Below, one piece after another: positions 55,270 through 64,000 of a stretch of DNA of 64,000 nucleotides. The translations under genes and the position numbers were made by a program. The notes under the pieces were generated by a model. That model was not told the DNA's origin, did not search any database, and worked only from the letters and a program-made list of their open reading frames with translations. The number at the start of each line of letters is the position of its first letter. Position 1 is the stretch's first letter. The stretch is from the NCBI GenBank assembly GCA_964546555.1, contig CAZJJX010000002.1, positions 16,263 through 80,262 of the forward strand, in the 5' to 3' direction. Origin of the DNA: an uncultured Candidatus Saccharibacteria bacterium (GTDB lineage: Bacteria; Patescibacteriota; Minisyncoccia; Phycocordibacterales; UBA5272).

Positions 55270-57234
55270 ATGGTATACACTATAAAGTATATGCAATCTT
55301 TTAATAATTTTTTAAATAACCTTAGACAAGAGCCTACTACTTTTAAGAGAGCGCTTTATCTTGGAGTTTTTATAGCTTTATGTATTGTCGTAGGTAGTAT
55401 CATCATTTTCCGTGTTTACACTATCAAGCAAAAGCCAATCACTACAATCCCACGTTCAGATATTGTGACATTTATTAAAGAAAAGTATGGAACCACTATT
55501 TCTCTTGCGTCATTTGGAAATTTTGATTTTGTTATTTGTCCTGAAGTGGAAGAGTTAACAAAGTATACAAAAATAGGTCAAAACATAGATTGTGTTGCCA
55601 GAAAAGATGGCTATGTGATGGTTGTGGGCTCAACAATGGTGTCTTCAATGACACAAGATGCAAAAGATTTTTTGAGTAACTATTTAGTTAAAAATTATCA
55701 TTTAAGTGTAGGACGAGATTATACTATTACGTGTACACTTGAGAAAGCTTTTAAGCGTCCAAATCAAAGTCTTGAACAATGTGAAATATATGCTGTGTTA
55801 AATAATGATATTGCAAAGCAAAAATCTCTTCTTGTTATGAATTTTTCGGCATATTTCTTTAACACCGATAGAGAGACTAAGAATTTTATTATTATAAGTC
55901 CATGGCTTGACCCATTTGTTTTTGAGTCAATTATTATTAATCAAGATATAAAGAAAGTATCGAGCACTAAGTATAAAATGCAAAGCGGCATACTTTTTGA
56001 AAAGGTGTACGCTACCGAAGGTCCTACCGGAGGAGAAACTTCCTCTGGCGGAGGAAAAGGAAGTGGAGAGACTACTGGTACGGGTAACTTAGGTGTAACT
56101 TTAGGTGTGCATGCTGCTTCACTCGGAGTAGCAAATCTTAGTGGCGTTAATATTGTTGGGTCTCCTGGTACTGTTGCAAATGCTGTCGCTGCAGGAATGT
56201 CAATCACAGGTCCAGGTGTTGCATGTTGCAATTCAGCAGGTGATAGTGTTTCTGACTCAGATTCGCCAGGAGTAGATGCTGGGAATGGTTCAATAACATA
56301 TGCTCAAGATGGAACACCGATTTACGTTACAACAACACCAACATCTACAAGTACAATCACATGCCCATCTGGGTACGAGGTGGATAGTTATATGCAGTAC
56401 GCATGTTATACAGCACCGAGAGCTGCAGGGTGTGTGAGCCAAGGGGATTCAGATCAATGTTGGAATGCTACAGCAGGTTCTGTAACTCCTTACCAGACAT
56501 CCATACCTAATTGTGCATATTATGGGGCTATTCAGGTGTCTCGACAAGTGATTTATTGTGCAGCAGATACGCCATCTTCTGATGTTGGTCTCTCTGTTGG
56601 ATCAGCGATTCCTCCTGCACCTGCCGTCACCTTTAAAGTTAATAATACAAAAGAAACTGCTGCTACAACAACATACGGGGGATCCGCTTCACTCACGTGG
56701 TCATCACTTGGTGCGCGTGACTGTGTTGCTTCTGGTGATTGGAGTGGCACAAAGGGAACTTCATCAGGGTCGCTCTCGGTTACTAATACAAATATTGCAT
56801 CTGGGGTAACAGCAAAAACCTATAAGCTCTCTTGTACAACAGGTAAACGTACCATTACAAAAACAATTAGAATTAATGAGGATGCGCAGCCTGCACCTAC
56901 AGTGTCATTCTATGCTACATACGATCAAGGGTCTGCTCTCGTAGGCTCAACCCTCCATCAAGGACAGTCACTTCATTTGACATGGAGTACTACTAACGCA
57001 AGTACATGTACTGCGTCAAATGCATGGTCTGGACCAAAGGCTACGTCCGGAACTCTTGAAGTATTAAGTAGTAATGCAACAGTTTCAAATTATGATGTAA
57101 CTTATACACTTACCTGTGCTAATCTAAGCGGAAGAACAACTGCCCAGTCTGTTACAGTTACTATTAGTACTGCAGTACCAGTTTGTCCTGATAATGGAAC
57201 ATGGCCAAATTGTTGGGCTTCAGGAGGAAACTAA
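55270..57234 (+). CDS. membrane-anchored surface protein with Gly/Ser/Thr-rich linker and two C-terminal ~90-aa repeats
   Basis: TM 'LYLGVFIALCIVVGSIIIF'; repeats 'LTWSS.GARDCVASGDWSGTKGTSSGSLSV...YKLSCT' and 'LTWSTTNASTCTASNAWSGPKATSGTLEV...YTLTCA'. Confidence 0.5.
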   Translation: MVYTIKYMQSFNNFLNNLRQEPTTFKRALYLGVFIALCIVVGSIIIFRVYTIKQKPITTIPRSDIVTFIKEKYGTTISLASFGNFDFVICPEVEELTKYTKIGQNIDCVARKDGYVMVVGSTMVSSMTQDAKDFLSNYLVKNYHLSVGRDYTITCTLEKAFKRPNQSLEQCEIYAVLNNDIAKQKSLLVMNFSAYFFNTDRETKNFIIISPWLDPFVFESIIINQDIKKVSSTKYKMQSGILFEKVYATEGPTGGETSSGGGKGSGETTGTGNLGVTLGVHAASLGVANLSGVNIVGSPGTVANAVAAGMSITGPGVACCNSAGDSVSDSDSPGVDAGNGSITYAQDGTPIYVTTTPTSTSTITCPSGYEVDSYMQYACYTAPRAAGCVSQGDSDQCWNATAGSVTPYQTSIPNCAYYGAIQVSRQVIYCAADTPSSDVGLSVGSAIPPAPAVTFKVNNTKETAATTTYGGSASLTWSSLGARDCVASGDWSGTKGTSSGSLSVTNTNIASGVTAKTYKLSCTTGKRTITKTIRINEDAQPAPTVSFYATYDQGSALVGSTLHQGQSLHLTWSTTNASTCTASNAWSGPKATSGTLEVLSSNATVSNYDVTYTLTCANLSGRTTAQSVTVTISTAVPVCPDNGTWPNCWASGGN

Positions 57235-57275
57235 CTGAGAAAGAGTATTCATGCTAAATAAAGACATGATACACT

Positions 57276-58646
57276 TTGCGTATCATGTCTTTATTTGTTT
57301 ATTTATACGCTTTGTGTGTAAGTGCCGCACTACTTTTTTCATTCTATGTTGTTTTAAATAACGTAGCAAAAGGTTTTTCTAAAAAAACATGCTTACACAT
57401 TATTGGTGTAGGTGTTATTTTCTATTCGATAGTATTTTCTTGGATATTGACAACATACCCTCTTGAGTATTCTGGTTTTACGGGGCTTACAAGTTTTCTA
57501 TTACTCCTTGTTTATTATAGTGCTACAGTAGTGGTCGCAGCAGTTTCTTTCGTATGGTTCTTTTTACTTGTTCTTGTAAAAAGGTTGCTTCAAAAATGTA
57601 AAGACATAGCATATGGTGCATATGGTCGCGTTATATACACCCTTTTTTGTGGGGTTCTTATGATGACATATGGTTACGTATCTTCTTTTCTACTCTATTT
57701 GCTCTACTATTCTCCTCATATTGATTTTGGTTGGTATTGGATTTTTGCAGATCCGTCAGTACTCCTTGTTTTTACTCCCGTTGGACTTTTAATTCCTTTC
57801 ATCGGTGCCTTAGGAGTGAACTTTTTATTTGGCGTCAGTGTGGAATTTCTTTCTAGGTTCTCATTTAGAAAGACTATCGTCGTGTATTTGTTTTTTGGTG
57901 TACTTTCTTGTATGTATATAGGGTATTCTTCTAAAATTATGTCTGCTACAACAAGCATAAGTGTTCCACTTGCTGGAACCAATATTTTAGACATGGATGG
58001 AAATAGAATTATTTCTACATCCATGTATGATACCAAGAAACCACAAGAAACAGTTATGCGTGTTATTGAGAAAACACAACCAAGTACAACTTTTTTTGCT
58101 CCTGAGGCAGTTGGCACAAGATATGAGCTTCTTGAGAGTGTAAGAAGGGCTAAGTCACATATTATTTACGGAGGTCCGTATTATAAGAATGGGTTGTCCT
58201 ATAATGGTCTTATGGAATATTCATTTGATGGTTCGTCATATCCGCAAAGTATTACAGAAAAGAAGTTCCTCATTCCTTTTGGTGAATATATCCCACTTGT
58301 TTTTACGTATTCTGGTGCGCTTTTTTTATCCGATGAAAACTTTACTAAGGTGATTACAAGGAAGCAAAGAGATTCTGGTCGAGGCTTGCAGGAAAAATGG
58401 ATTAATGGGGAGTTGTATGTGGTTGGGCTTTGTTCTGATTTTTGGTCACGAGAAGGTATTGCAGTTGCAAAAAAATCACAAGCAAGAAAAGCATTAGCAT
58501 TTGAGTCAAATTCTTTTTTTAGAAATAATAGATGGTTCTTGGTTAATCTTTATGCATGGCATACATATTTTGCAAAATCAACAGGGAAGACGCTCGTCTC
58601 TGTTCCAAACGATAGTCCGATATGGGTAATTAATGGAAGCTGGTGA
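57276..58646 (+). CDS. apolipoprotein N-acyltransferase (Lnt)-like: polytopic N-domain + CN-hydrolase-like C-domain
   Basis: 6-7 N-terminal TMs; 'FFAPEAVG' (catalytic Glu context), 'KKFLIPFGEYIPLVF' closely matches Lnt 'KxHLVPFGEYVP', 'VVGLCSDFWS' (Cys block). Confidence 0.5.
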   Translation: MRIMSLFVYLYALCVSAALLFSFYVVLNNVAKGFSKKTCLHIIGVGVIFYSIVFSWILTTYPLEYSGFTGLTSFLLLLVYYSATVVVAAVSFVWFFLLVLVKRLLQKCKDIAYGAYGRVIYTLFCGVLMMTYGYVSSFLLYLLYYSPHIDFGWYWIFADPSVLLVFTPVGLLIPFIGALGVNFLFGVSVEFLSRFSFRKTIVVYLFFGVLSCMYIGYSSKIMSATTSISVPLAGTNILDMDGNRIISTSMYDTKKPQETVMRVIEKTQPSTTFFAPEAVGTRYELLESVRRAKSHIIYGGPYYKNGLSYNGLMEYSFDGSSYPQSITEKKFLIPFGEYIPLVFTYSGALFLSDENFTKVITRKQRDSGRGLQEKWINGELYVVGLCSDFWSREGIAVAKKSQARKALAFESNSFFRNNRWFLVNLYAWHTYFAKSTGKTLVSVPNDSPIWVINGSW

Positions 58647-58674
58647 GGTATACTTATCAAATACTTAACACTTA

Positions 58675-59472
58675 ATGAGTTATTCAAATGTGGCAACAAT
58701 TTATTATGATTCAGATTGTGGATTTTGCTATAATGCTGCAAAGTTAGTTCTTGGTGTACTAAGATTAACTAATGTTAATCTTGTTCCAGCGCGTAATAAC
58801 AATGAGATTCATAGAATGCTGCTGAAGGAAAATTCTTGGGTTGTTGTGGACCTTGTGACTAATAAAAAATATTTACGTTTTGAAGCTCTTCTTTTTCTAA
58901 TCAGAAAATCAAGGTTTGATTTTCTTTATTATTTCAAATATTTACCAGGGATAGTGTTTGTCGGAAATACAGTCTATAACATTATTGGGTTTTTTAGATC
59001 TAATACATGCACGGATGAGGTTGAATCAAAAAAATTAAACATTATCTTGCGGAACGTTGCATCAATTTTTTTAGGGTTATTGGCTTGTTTAGTAGTTTTT
59101 GGATATGTTACCAAATCGTCAACTTTATTTAGTTTTGGTAGGTCAATTGGTTTTGCACCTCTCCCGCTCCCTTTTAGGGATATGGGTGGGGCAGAAACGA
59201 TGCAGAGGCCGAAGCTTACTCTTATCGTTGATGGTAATACTCGTGCTTCAGCAATGGATGATTTTAGAATACTACTGCACGAAGGTGAGAGGTCGCATCA
59301 TGCAATTGTTCCGTATTATGCTCTGATTAATTACGGGCCAGCTGTCCCTTCTCGGTTAAGAGAAAGCATATTGACTTACTTTTGTCGATCTTTTTTAGAT
59401 GCTCATCATATTTATTATAGTGCAAGATATTCAGCATCTTTGGCTATTACTCATGACATTGTATGCAAGTAA
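58675..59472 (+). CDS. DCC1-like thiol-disulfide oxidoreductase (DUF393) with C-terminal extension
   Basis: 'TIYYDSDCGFCYNAAKLV' N-terminal DxxCxxC block typical of DUF393. Confidence 0.6.
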   Translation: MSYSNVATIYYDSDCGFCYNAAKLVLGVLRLTNVNLVPARNNNEIHRMLLKENSWVVVDLVTNKKYLRFEALLFLIRKSRFDFLYYFKYLPGIVFVGNTVYNIIGFFRSNTCTDEVESKKLNIILRNVASIFLGLLACLVVFGYVTKSSTLFSFGRSIGFAPLPLPFRDMGGAETMQRPKLTLIVDGNTRASAMDDFRILLHEGERSHHAIVPYYALINYGPAVPSRLRESILTYFCRSFLDAHHIYYSARYSASLAITHDIVCK

Positions 59473-60380
59473 ATAAAATTTTAAAAAATATAAAAATTAC
59501 TGAAACCACTCCCTATCCGCTATATATTTTTGTTATTTTTAGGTTTTTACTAGGTATATTTTTATTATATTATTATATTACAGAGATTCCTTATATAGAT
59601 GAAATATATAGCAACCAAGGACTTATTCCATCTGCAGACCTTAATTCAACGTTTGGATATTTCCCAAGCATTTTGTATGTATTTGATTCCCCGTTTTTTG
59701 TGAAAATTATTTTTATTATAGGGGCGGTTATCTCATGTTTGTTTGCATTCGGAATCTGTCCTAGGATCGGATCATTTCTTTTGTGGTACATTCAAACATC
59801 TCTATATAATCGAAATAATTTAGTCGGCGAACCAGCAATGGCGTTTGTGGGTTTGCTTCTAGTTATGTTTGTGTTGGTGCCAAAAACTAAGCAATTAATA
59901 CAAGTAATACTTGGTAATAAAAGGGATAGCATGAGAGATACTGTTTTTGTTCCCGTGTATTTATTTTATATGCCGATATTTATTTTCTGCTTAACATTTA
60001 CACTAAGTGCAATAGATAAATTATATGCAGAGTCATGGGTAAACGGACAAGCATTAAATTTAATTCTTTCGCTTAATATCGGTAGGGATACATTTTTGGT
60101 CTCGTTCTTAAAAAACTCAGAGTACTTCGTGGTTATTTTGTCTTACCTGGCTCTTTTTGCTCAACTGATCTGTCTCCCTCTGTTTATTGTTGGGTGGTAC
60201 CGGTACGCACTAATAATTAATTTTTTTGCTTTTGCATTTGTACTTATCACTCTAGATATTAACCAGGTTTCCCTCGGAATGTTGCTCTTCTTCCTATTCT
60301 TTTTAGGTAAAGATATTCCTGAATTTTTTACAAAACTTTCTAAAGTCTTTATTTTCTTGAGGTTAAAATATTTTAGCTAA
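59463..60380 (+). CDS. HTTM-domain (vitamin-K-dependent gamma-carboxylase-like) membrane protein
   Basis: Polytopic membrane protein overlapping the DUF393 gene stop; DUF393+HTTM is a recurrent gene pair. Confidence 0.5.
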   Translation: MQVNKILKNIKITETTPYPLYIFVIFRFLLGIFLLYYYITEIPYIDEIYSNQGLIPSADLNSTFGYFPSILYVFDSPFFVKIIFIIGAVISCLFAFGICPRIGSFLLWYIQTSLYNRNNLVGEPAMAFVGLLLVMFVLVPKTKQLIQVILGNKRDSMRDTVFVPVYLFYMPIFIFCLTFTLSAIDKLYAESWVNGQALNLILSLNIGRDTFLVSFLKNSEYFVVILSYLALFAQLICLPLFIVGWYRYALIINFFAFAFVLITLDINQVSLGMLLFFLFFLGKDIPEFFTKLSKVFIFLRLKYFS

Positions 60381-60539
60381 AAGTTTTTCTCTGATTCGTG
60401 GATGGTGAAATGTAGTAATAGGTGGAAGAGAAACACAATTGAAAAATTAAGATGAATGCTGTACCACAAAAAGAAGCCCCTCCTACGGAGGCGCTTCTTT
60501 TGCACCTAAAAATATGGTAGAATCGGGCTACTTATATAT

Positions 60540-61856
60540 ATGAAAGCAAAGATTAAAGCATTTTGGTTGGTTATGGCTGTTACTGTACTTTCCTTGTGGT
60601 TATGGAAAGGAGGGGCAGTATTAAACGGTAATTTTAGAAAGGATTTCGTACTTGGGCTTGATCTTGCTGGTGGGTCAGCGCTTACCTATACGATCGACAC
60701 AAATGCACTTCCAAAAGATGTGAATGTAAACGATAGTGTCGATGCGCTTCGTGATGTTATCGAGCGACGTGTCAACCTCTTTGGTGTCCGTGAACCAACA
60801 GTGACCACATCATTTTCTCGTCTTGCTAATGAATGGAGACTCGTTGTAGAGCTTCCTGGTGTTGCAGATGTTGATCAGGCAGCGAAGCTTATCGGGGAGA
60901 CACCTGTGCTTGAGTTTAAGACACAGAAAAAAGATGCAAAGGAGCTCAATGCATCATCTACGGTATATGACATGATCGGTAATTATGAAAGTACCGGTCT
61001 TACAGGAACATACCTTAAGAAGTCATCGCTTGTCTTTGACCAGACAACGAACCGTCCAATGGTAGAGCTTACTTTTGATGAAACAGGGGCAAAGCTCTTT
61101 GCGGACATCACAAAAGCAAACATTGGTAAGCAAGTCGCGATCTTTCTAGATGGTGTACCAATTTCTTCACCTACCGTTAACGAAGAAATCACACTCGGTA
61201 AGGCGGTTATCTCAGGTAATTTCACAACACAAGAAGCAAAAACTATGGTTGGACGCTTGAACTCAGGAGCGCTTCCCGTGCCTATCTCACTTGCAGGAAA
61301 AAGTGTTGTTGAGCCTTCTCTTGGAGTAAAAGCAATCGATGCTGGTAAGAAGTCAGCGATTGCAGGGTTCTTGTTTATTGTCATCTTCATGATCCTTTGG
61401 TATCGTCTCCCTGGTGTTATGGCATCTCTTGCGCTTGTATCATATCTTGCTTTTATGCTTGCGCTCTTTAAGCTTATTCCTGTTACGCTTACATCTGCAG
61501 GTATCGCAGGTCTCATTATCTCGCTTGGTCTTGCAGTGGATGCAAACGTGCTTACCTTTGAACGCATGAAAGAAGAAATTGCAAAAGGAAAGGGAATCAA
61601 AGAAGCGATGGAAACTGGATTTTTGCGTGCATGGACTTCTATCCGTGACTCACACATCGCAGCGATTATTGTATCTATTATTCTCTTTTGGCTTGGTACA
61701 TCGGTTGTAAAAGGCTTTGCGTTTACGTTTTTCTTAGGAGCTGTCGTGTCACTCTTCTCAGCGCAGATTGTTACACGATCACTCCTTCGTGCAATCGTGC
61801 TTGATAAAAATAGTAAATTCGCAAAGTTCTTATTCGGTAGTGGTTTTATTGGGTAG
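60540..61856 (+). CDS. secD: protein translocase subunit SecD
   Basis: 'LGLDLAGGSALTY', periplasmic domain, C-terminal 6-TM bundle. Confidence 0.85.
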   Translation: MKAKIKAFWLVMAVTVLSLWLWKGGAVLNGNFRKDFVLGLDLAGGSALTYTIDTNALPKDVNVNDSVDALRDVIERRVNLFGVREPTVTTSFSRLANEWRLVVELPGVADVDQAAKLIGETPVLEFKTQKKDAKELNASSTVYDMIGNYESTGLTGTYLKKSSLVFDQTTNRPMVELTFDETGAKLFADITKANIGKQVAIFLDGVPISSPTVNEEITLGKAVISGNFTTQEAKTMVGRLNSGALPVPISLAGKSVVEPSLGVKAIDAGKKSAIAGFLFIVIFMILWYRLPGVMASLALVSYLAFMLALFKLIPVTLTSAGIAGLIISLGLAVDANVLTFERMKEEIAKGKGIKEAMETGFLRAWTSIRDSHIAAIIVSIILFWLGTSVVKGFAFTFFLGAVVSLFSAQIVTRSLLRAIVLDKNSKFAKFLFGSGFIG

Positions 61857-61907
61857 TATGTATTGTATTAACTAATAACTAATTACTAACAACTAATAAC
61901 TAACCAT

Positions 61908-62783
61908 ATGTTTATCATCAAATACAAAACCATATTCATTGCAATTGCTATATTCATGGTGGCAGCAAGTTTCATGCTCGTGTCAAAGTTCGGCATCAAA
62001 AAAGGAATTGACTTTACTGGAGGAACTGTTATTGAGGTGAGTTATGCGACATCTTCTGTTCCTGCTATTGATGTGGCCCTTTTTGAAGAGAAGGGGGTGA
62101 AGGCTTTCAAAACAAGTGCGACATCATACAAGTTCATTTCTTCTGCATCATTTGAAGAAACTGACAAAGCTCTTCGTGGGACATTAGATACTGTGAAGAA
62201 TCCTTTTACTGTTACACAGGTCAACACTGTAGGTCCTACAATGGGTAAAGAAATGACTAAGAAGGCGATTATCGCAATTATTGTCGTGGTTATAGCGATA
62301 CTTTCATTTATTGCGTTTGCATTCCGTGAGGTGTCACGTCCGGTTGCTTCGTGGAAGTATGGAATCGTTGCGATGGTAACAATCGTACACGATATTATTA
62401 TCCCAACTGGAGTGTATGCGTATCTCTCACATTTCTATGGTGCAGAAGTAGATACACTCTTTGTGGTAGCGCTTCTTACGGTTATGGCTGTTACTATTTC
62501 TGATAAGATTGTGGTATTTGATAGAATTCGTGAGAACTTGAAAAATGAGGGCACCAAAAAGAAGTCATTTGATGAGATTGTCGGTAATTCTCTTGCGCAG
62601 ACGTTTACTCGATCTGTTAACACATCTCTTACAACAATACTCTCACTTATTGCGCTCTATTTCTTCGGGCCTGAGACGACAAAGTTCTTCGCGCTCACGC
62701 TTATGGTTGGTATCGCGGTAGGAACATATTCATCTATCTTTGTTGCGTCACCTATTCTTACGGTGTGGAACAAGGAGAAGTAG
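61908..62783 (+). CDS. secF: protein translocase subunit SecF
   Basis: 'GIDFTGGTVIEV', C-terminal TM bundle; follows secD. Confidence 0.85.
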   Translation: MFIIKYKTIFIAIAIFMVAASFMLVSKFGIKKGIDFTGGTVIEVSYATSSVPAIDVALFEEKGVKAFKTSATSYKFISSASFEETDKALRGTLDTVKNPFTVTQVNTVGPTMGKEMTKKAIIAIIVVVIAILSFIAFAFREVSRPVASWKYGIVAMVTIVHDIIIPTGVYAYLSHFYGAEVDTLFVVALLTVMAVTISDKIVVFDRIRENLKNEGTKKKSFDEIVGNSLAQTFTRSVNTSLTTILSLIALYFFGPETTKFFALTLMVGIAVGTYSSIFVASPILTVWNKEK

Positions 62784-62946
62784 GTAAGACAGAGCACAGA
62801 CTTGAAAGCCTCTCAACAGGACTGCGACTTTAACAAACTAGTTACAGTTTAAAAAGTCTGGAGCACTTCGCTAACACACTGTTAGATGAAAAGATTGCGT
62901 GAGCACAGATGGTGGATATTAGACAATAAGACTGATACATGTTAGT

Positions 62947-62981
62947 AAAACAAGCAAAGGCGAAGCCTCTGCTTGTTTTTC
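62947..62981 (+). terminator. rho-independent terminator after secF
   Basis: ACAAGCAAAGG-CGAAG-CCTCTGCTTGT + TTTTCTTTC. Confidence 0.65.
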
Positions 62982-63058
62982 TTTCTTGCTCCTATCTTGC
63001 TGCTCCCGTTCTATTGTTTTTGATAGTGTAGTTTGTCATACTGACATTATCACTATAA

Positions 63059-64000
63059 TGAAAAAAGTAATTAAAAAAGCAACAAGAAAAGAAAGTTCTG
63101 TGAAAAATGATAAGCCAATTATCTATCAGACTCCGGATGGTGCTGTGGAATTACGTGCTGATTTTAGAAATGAAACAGTATGGGCGACGCAAGCACAGAT
63201 GGCTACAGTGTTTGGTGTAAACACGCAAGCGATTACAAAACACATTAAGAATATTTATAAAGAGAAAGAGCTTGTGCAAAAAGCAACTTGTTCCAAATTG
63301 GAACAAGTTCGAATTGAAGGAAACAGAAAAGTAACAAGAACTCTCGAAACATATAACCTTGACGTGCTTATTGCAGTCGGGTACCGCACAAACTCAGTTA
63401 CAGGAACAAAATTTAGACAGTGGGCAACAAAAACACTTAAAGCTCACATTACACAAGGTTATACCATTAATAAAAAAGTTATTGGTAACAACTGGGAAGA
63501 GTTCAGTAAGGCAATAGAATCTGCCAAAAAATTGTTACCAAAACAATACCAAGCATTATCCAGTACACAGGCACTTGACCTTGCTAGTCTCTTTGCACGT
63601 ACATGGTTGTCTCTTGATTCGTACGATAAGCAAGCGCTTAAACTTATAAAACCAACCAAGAAAAATGTGAAGCTCACTGCAGATGAACTTTCACTTGCTC
63701 TTTTGGATCTTAAACAAATGTTGCTCATGAAAAGTGAAGCTACAGAGCTCTTTGCAACTGATAGACAAAGAGGAAGTCTTGAAGGAATCGTAGGGAATGT
63801 TATGCAGATTTTTGGAGATATTCATGCTTATGAAAGCGTTGAGGCAAAAGCGGCACATCTTATGTATTTCATTATCAAGAACCATCCTTTCGTTGACGGT
63901 AATAAGCGAAGCGGTGCTTTTGCTTTTCTGTGGTTCCTTGAAAAGTGTAAGAGGCTTGATGTAGATCGTATGACCCCAGAAGCGCTTACTGCGCTCACGC
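63059..64000 (+). CDS. RhuM-family virulence protein fused to Fic/DOC domain; 3' end beyond window
   Basis: 'IIYQTPDGAVELRADFRNETVWATQAQMATVFGVNTQAITKHIKNIY' RhuM N-domain; 'HPFVDGNKRSGAFAFLWFL' Fic motif HPFx[DE]GN[GK]R. No stop before window end, so it is absent from the ORF track. Confidence 0.7.

Noticed and set aside
63459-63728. 89-aa minus-strand ORF
   Set aside because: It lies antisense inside the well-supported RhuM/Fic reading frame.

Overview
This is an AT-rich (~40% GC), gene-dense bacterial fragment. It is mostly housekeeping genes on both strands, and small gene sizes plus many short hypothetical membrane or secreted proteins suggest a reduced-genome organism, possibly CPR/Patescibacteria-like (inference only). 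Recognisable blocks are: secE-nusG-rplK followed by a dTMP-synthesis cluster (dCMP deaminase, dut, folA, thyA, tmk); argS; ileS; recO; metG with a MazG-like gene, an HD hydrolase and tatD; rpsF-ssb-rpsR; ndk; a beta-CASP RNase; infC-rpmI-rplT; ssrA (tmRNA) with smpB; ftsH; a tRNA-Ile(UAU); recG; secDF; and a RhuM/Fic toxin-like gene running off the window end. The observations I rate as most worth a second look are:
- A ~190-aa histidine-phosphatase (PGAM-like) domain inserted in-frame inside a type-2 IleRS.
- A compact T-box leader upstream of that ileS, together with a tRNA-Ile carrying a UAU anticodon.
- Three paralogous ~100-nt structured intergenic RNA elements with compensatory helix changes, in ribosomal-protein loci.
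- Two Avd-like four-helix-bundle genes, each in a cassette bracketed by inverted repeats; one is frameshifted.
- A family of MITE-like elements (inverted-repeat ends plus a central CGAAGG/CCTTCG hairpin) sitting at gene 3' ends.
- A ~1.5 kb GC-rich (~62%) island encoding an SPFH protein and a small NfeD-like membrane protein, a horizontal-transfer candidate.
- A tmRNA with a G3:U70 acceptor pair and a predicted tag ANGLVPAFA, flanked by two GIY-YIG genes.
- A 57-bp direct repeat duplicating the 3' part of the tRNA-Ile, several large secreted proteins built from novel repeats, and a DCC(DUF393)+HTTM gene pair.
No CRISPR array, transposase or reverse transcriptase was recognised.
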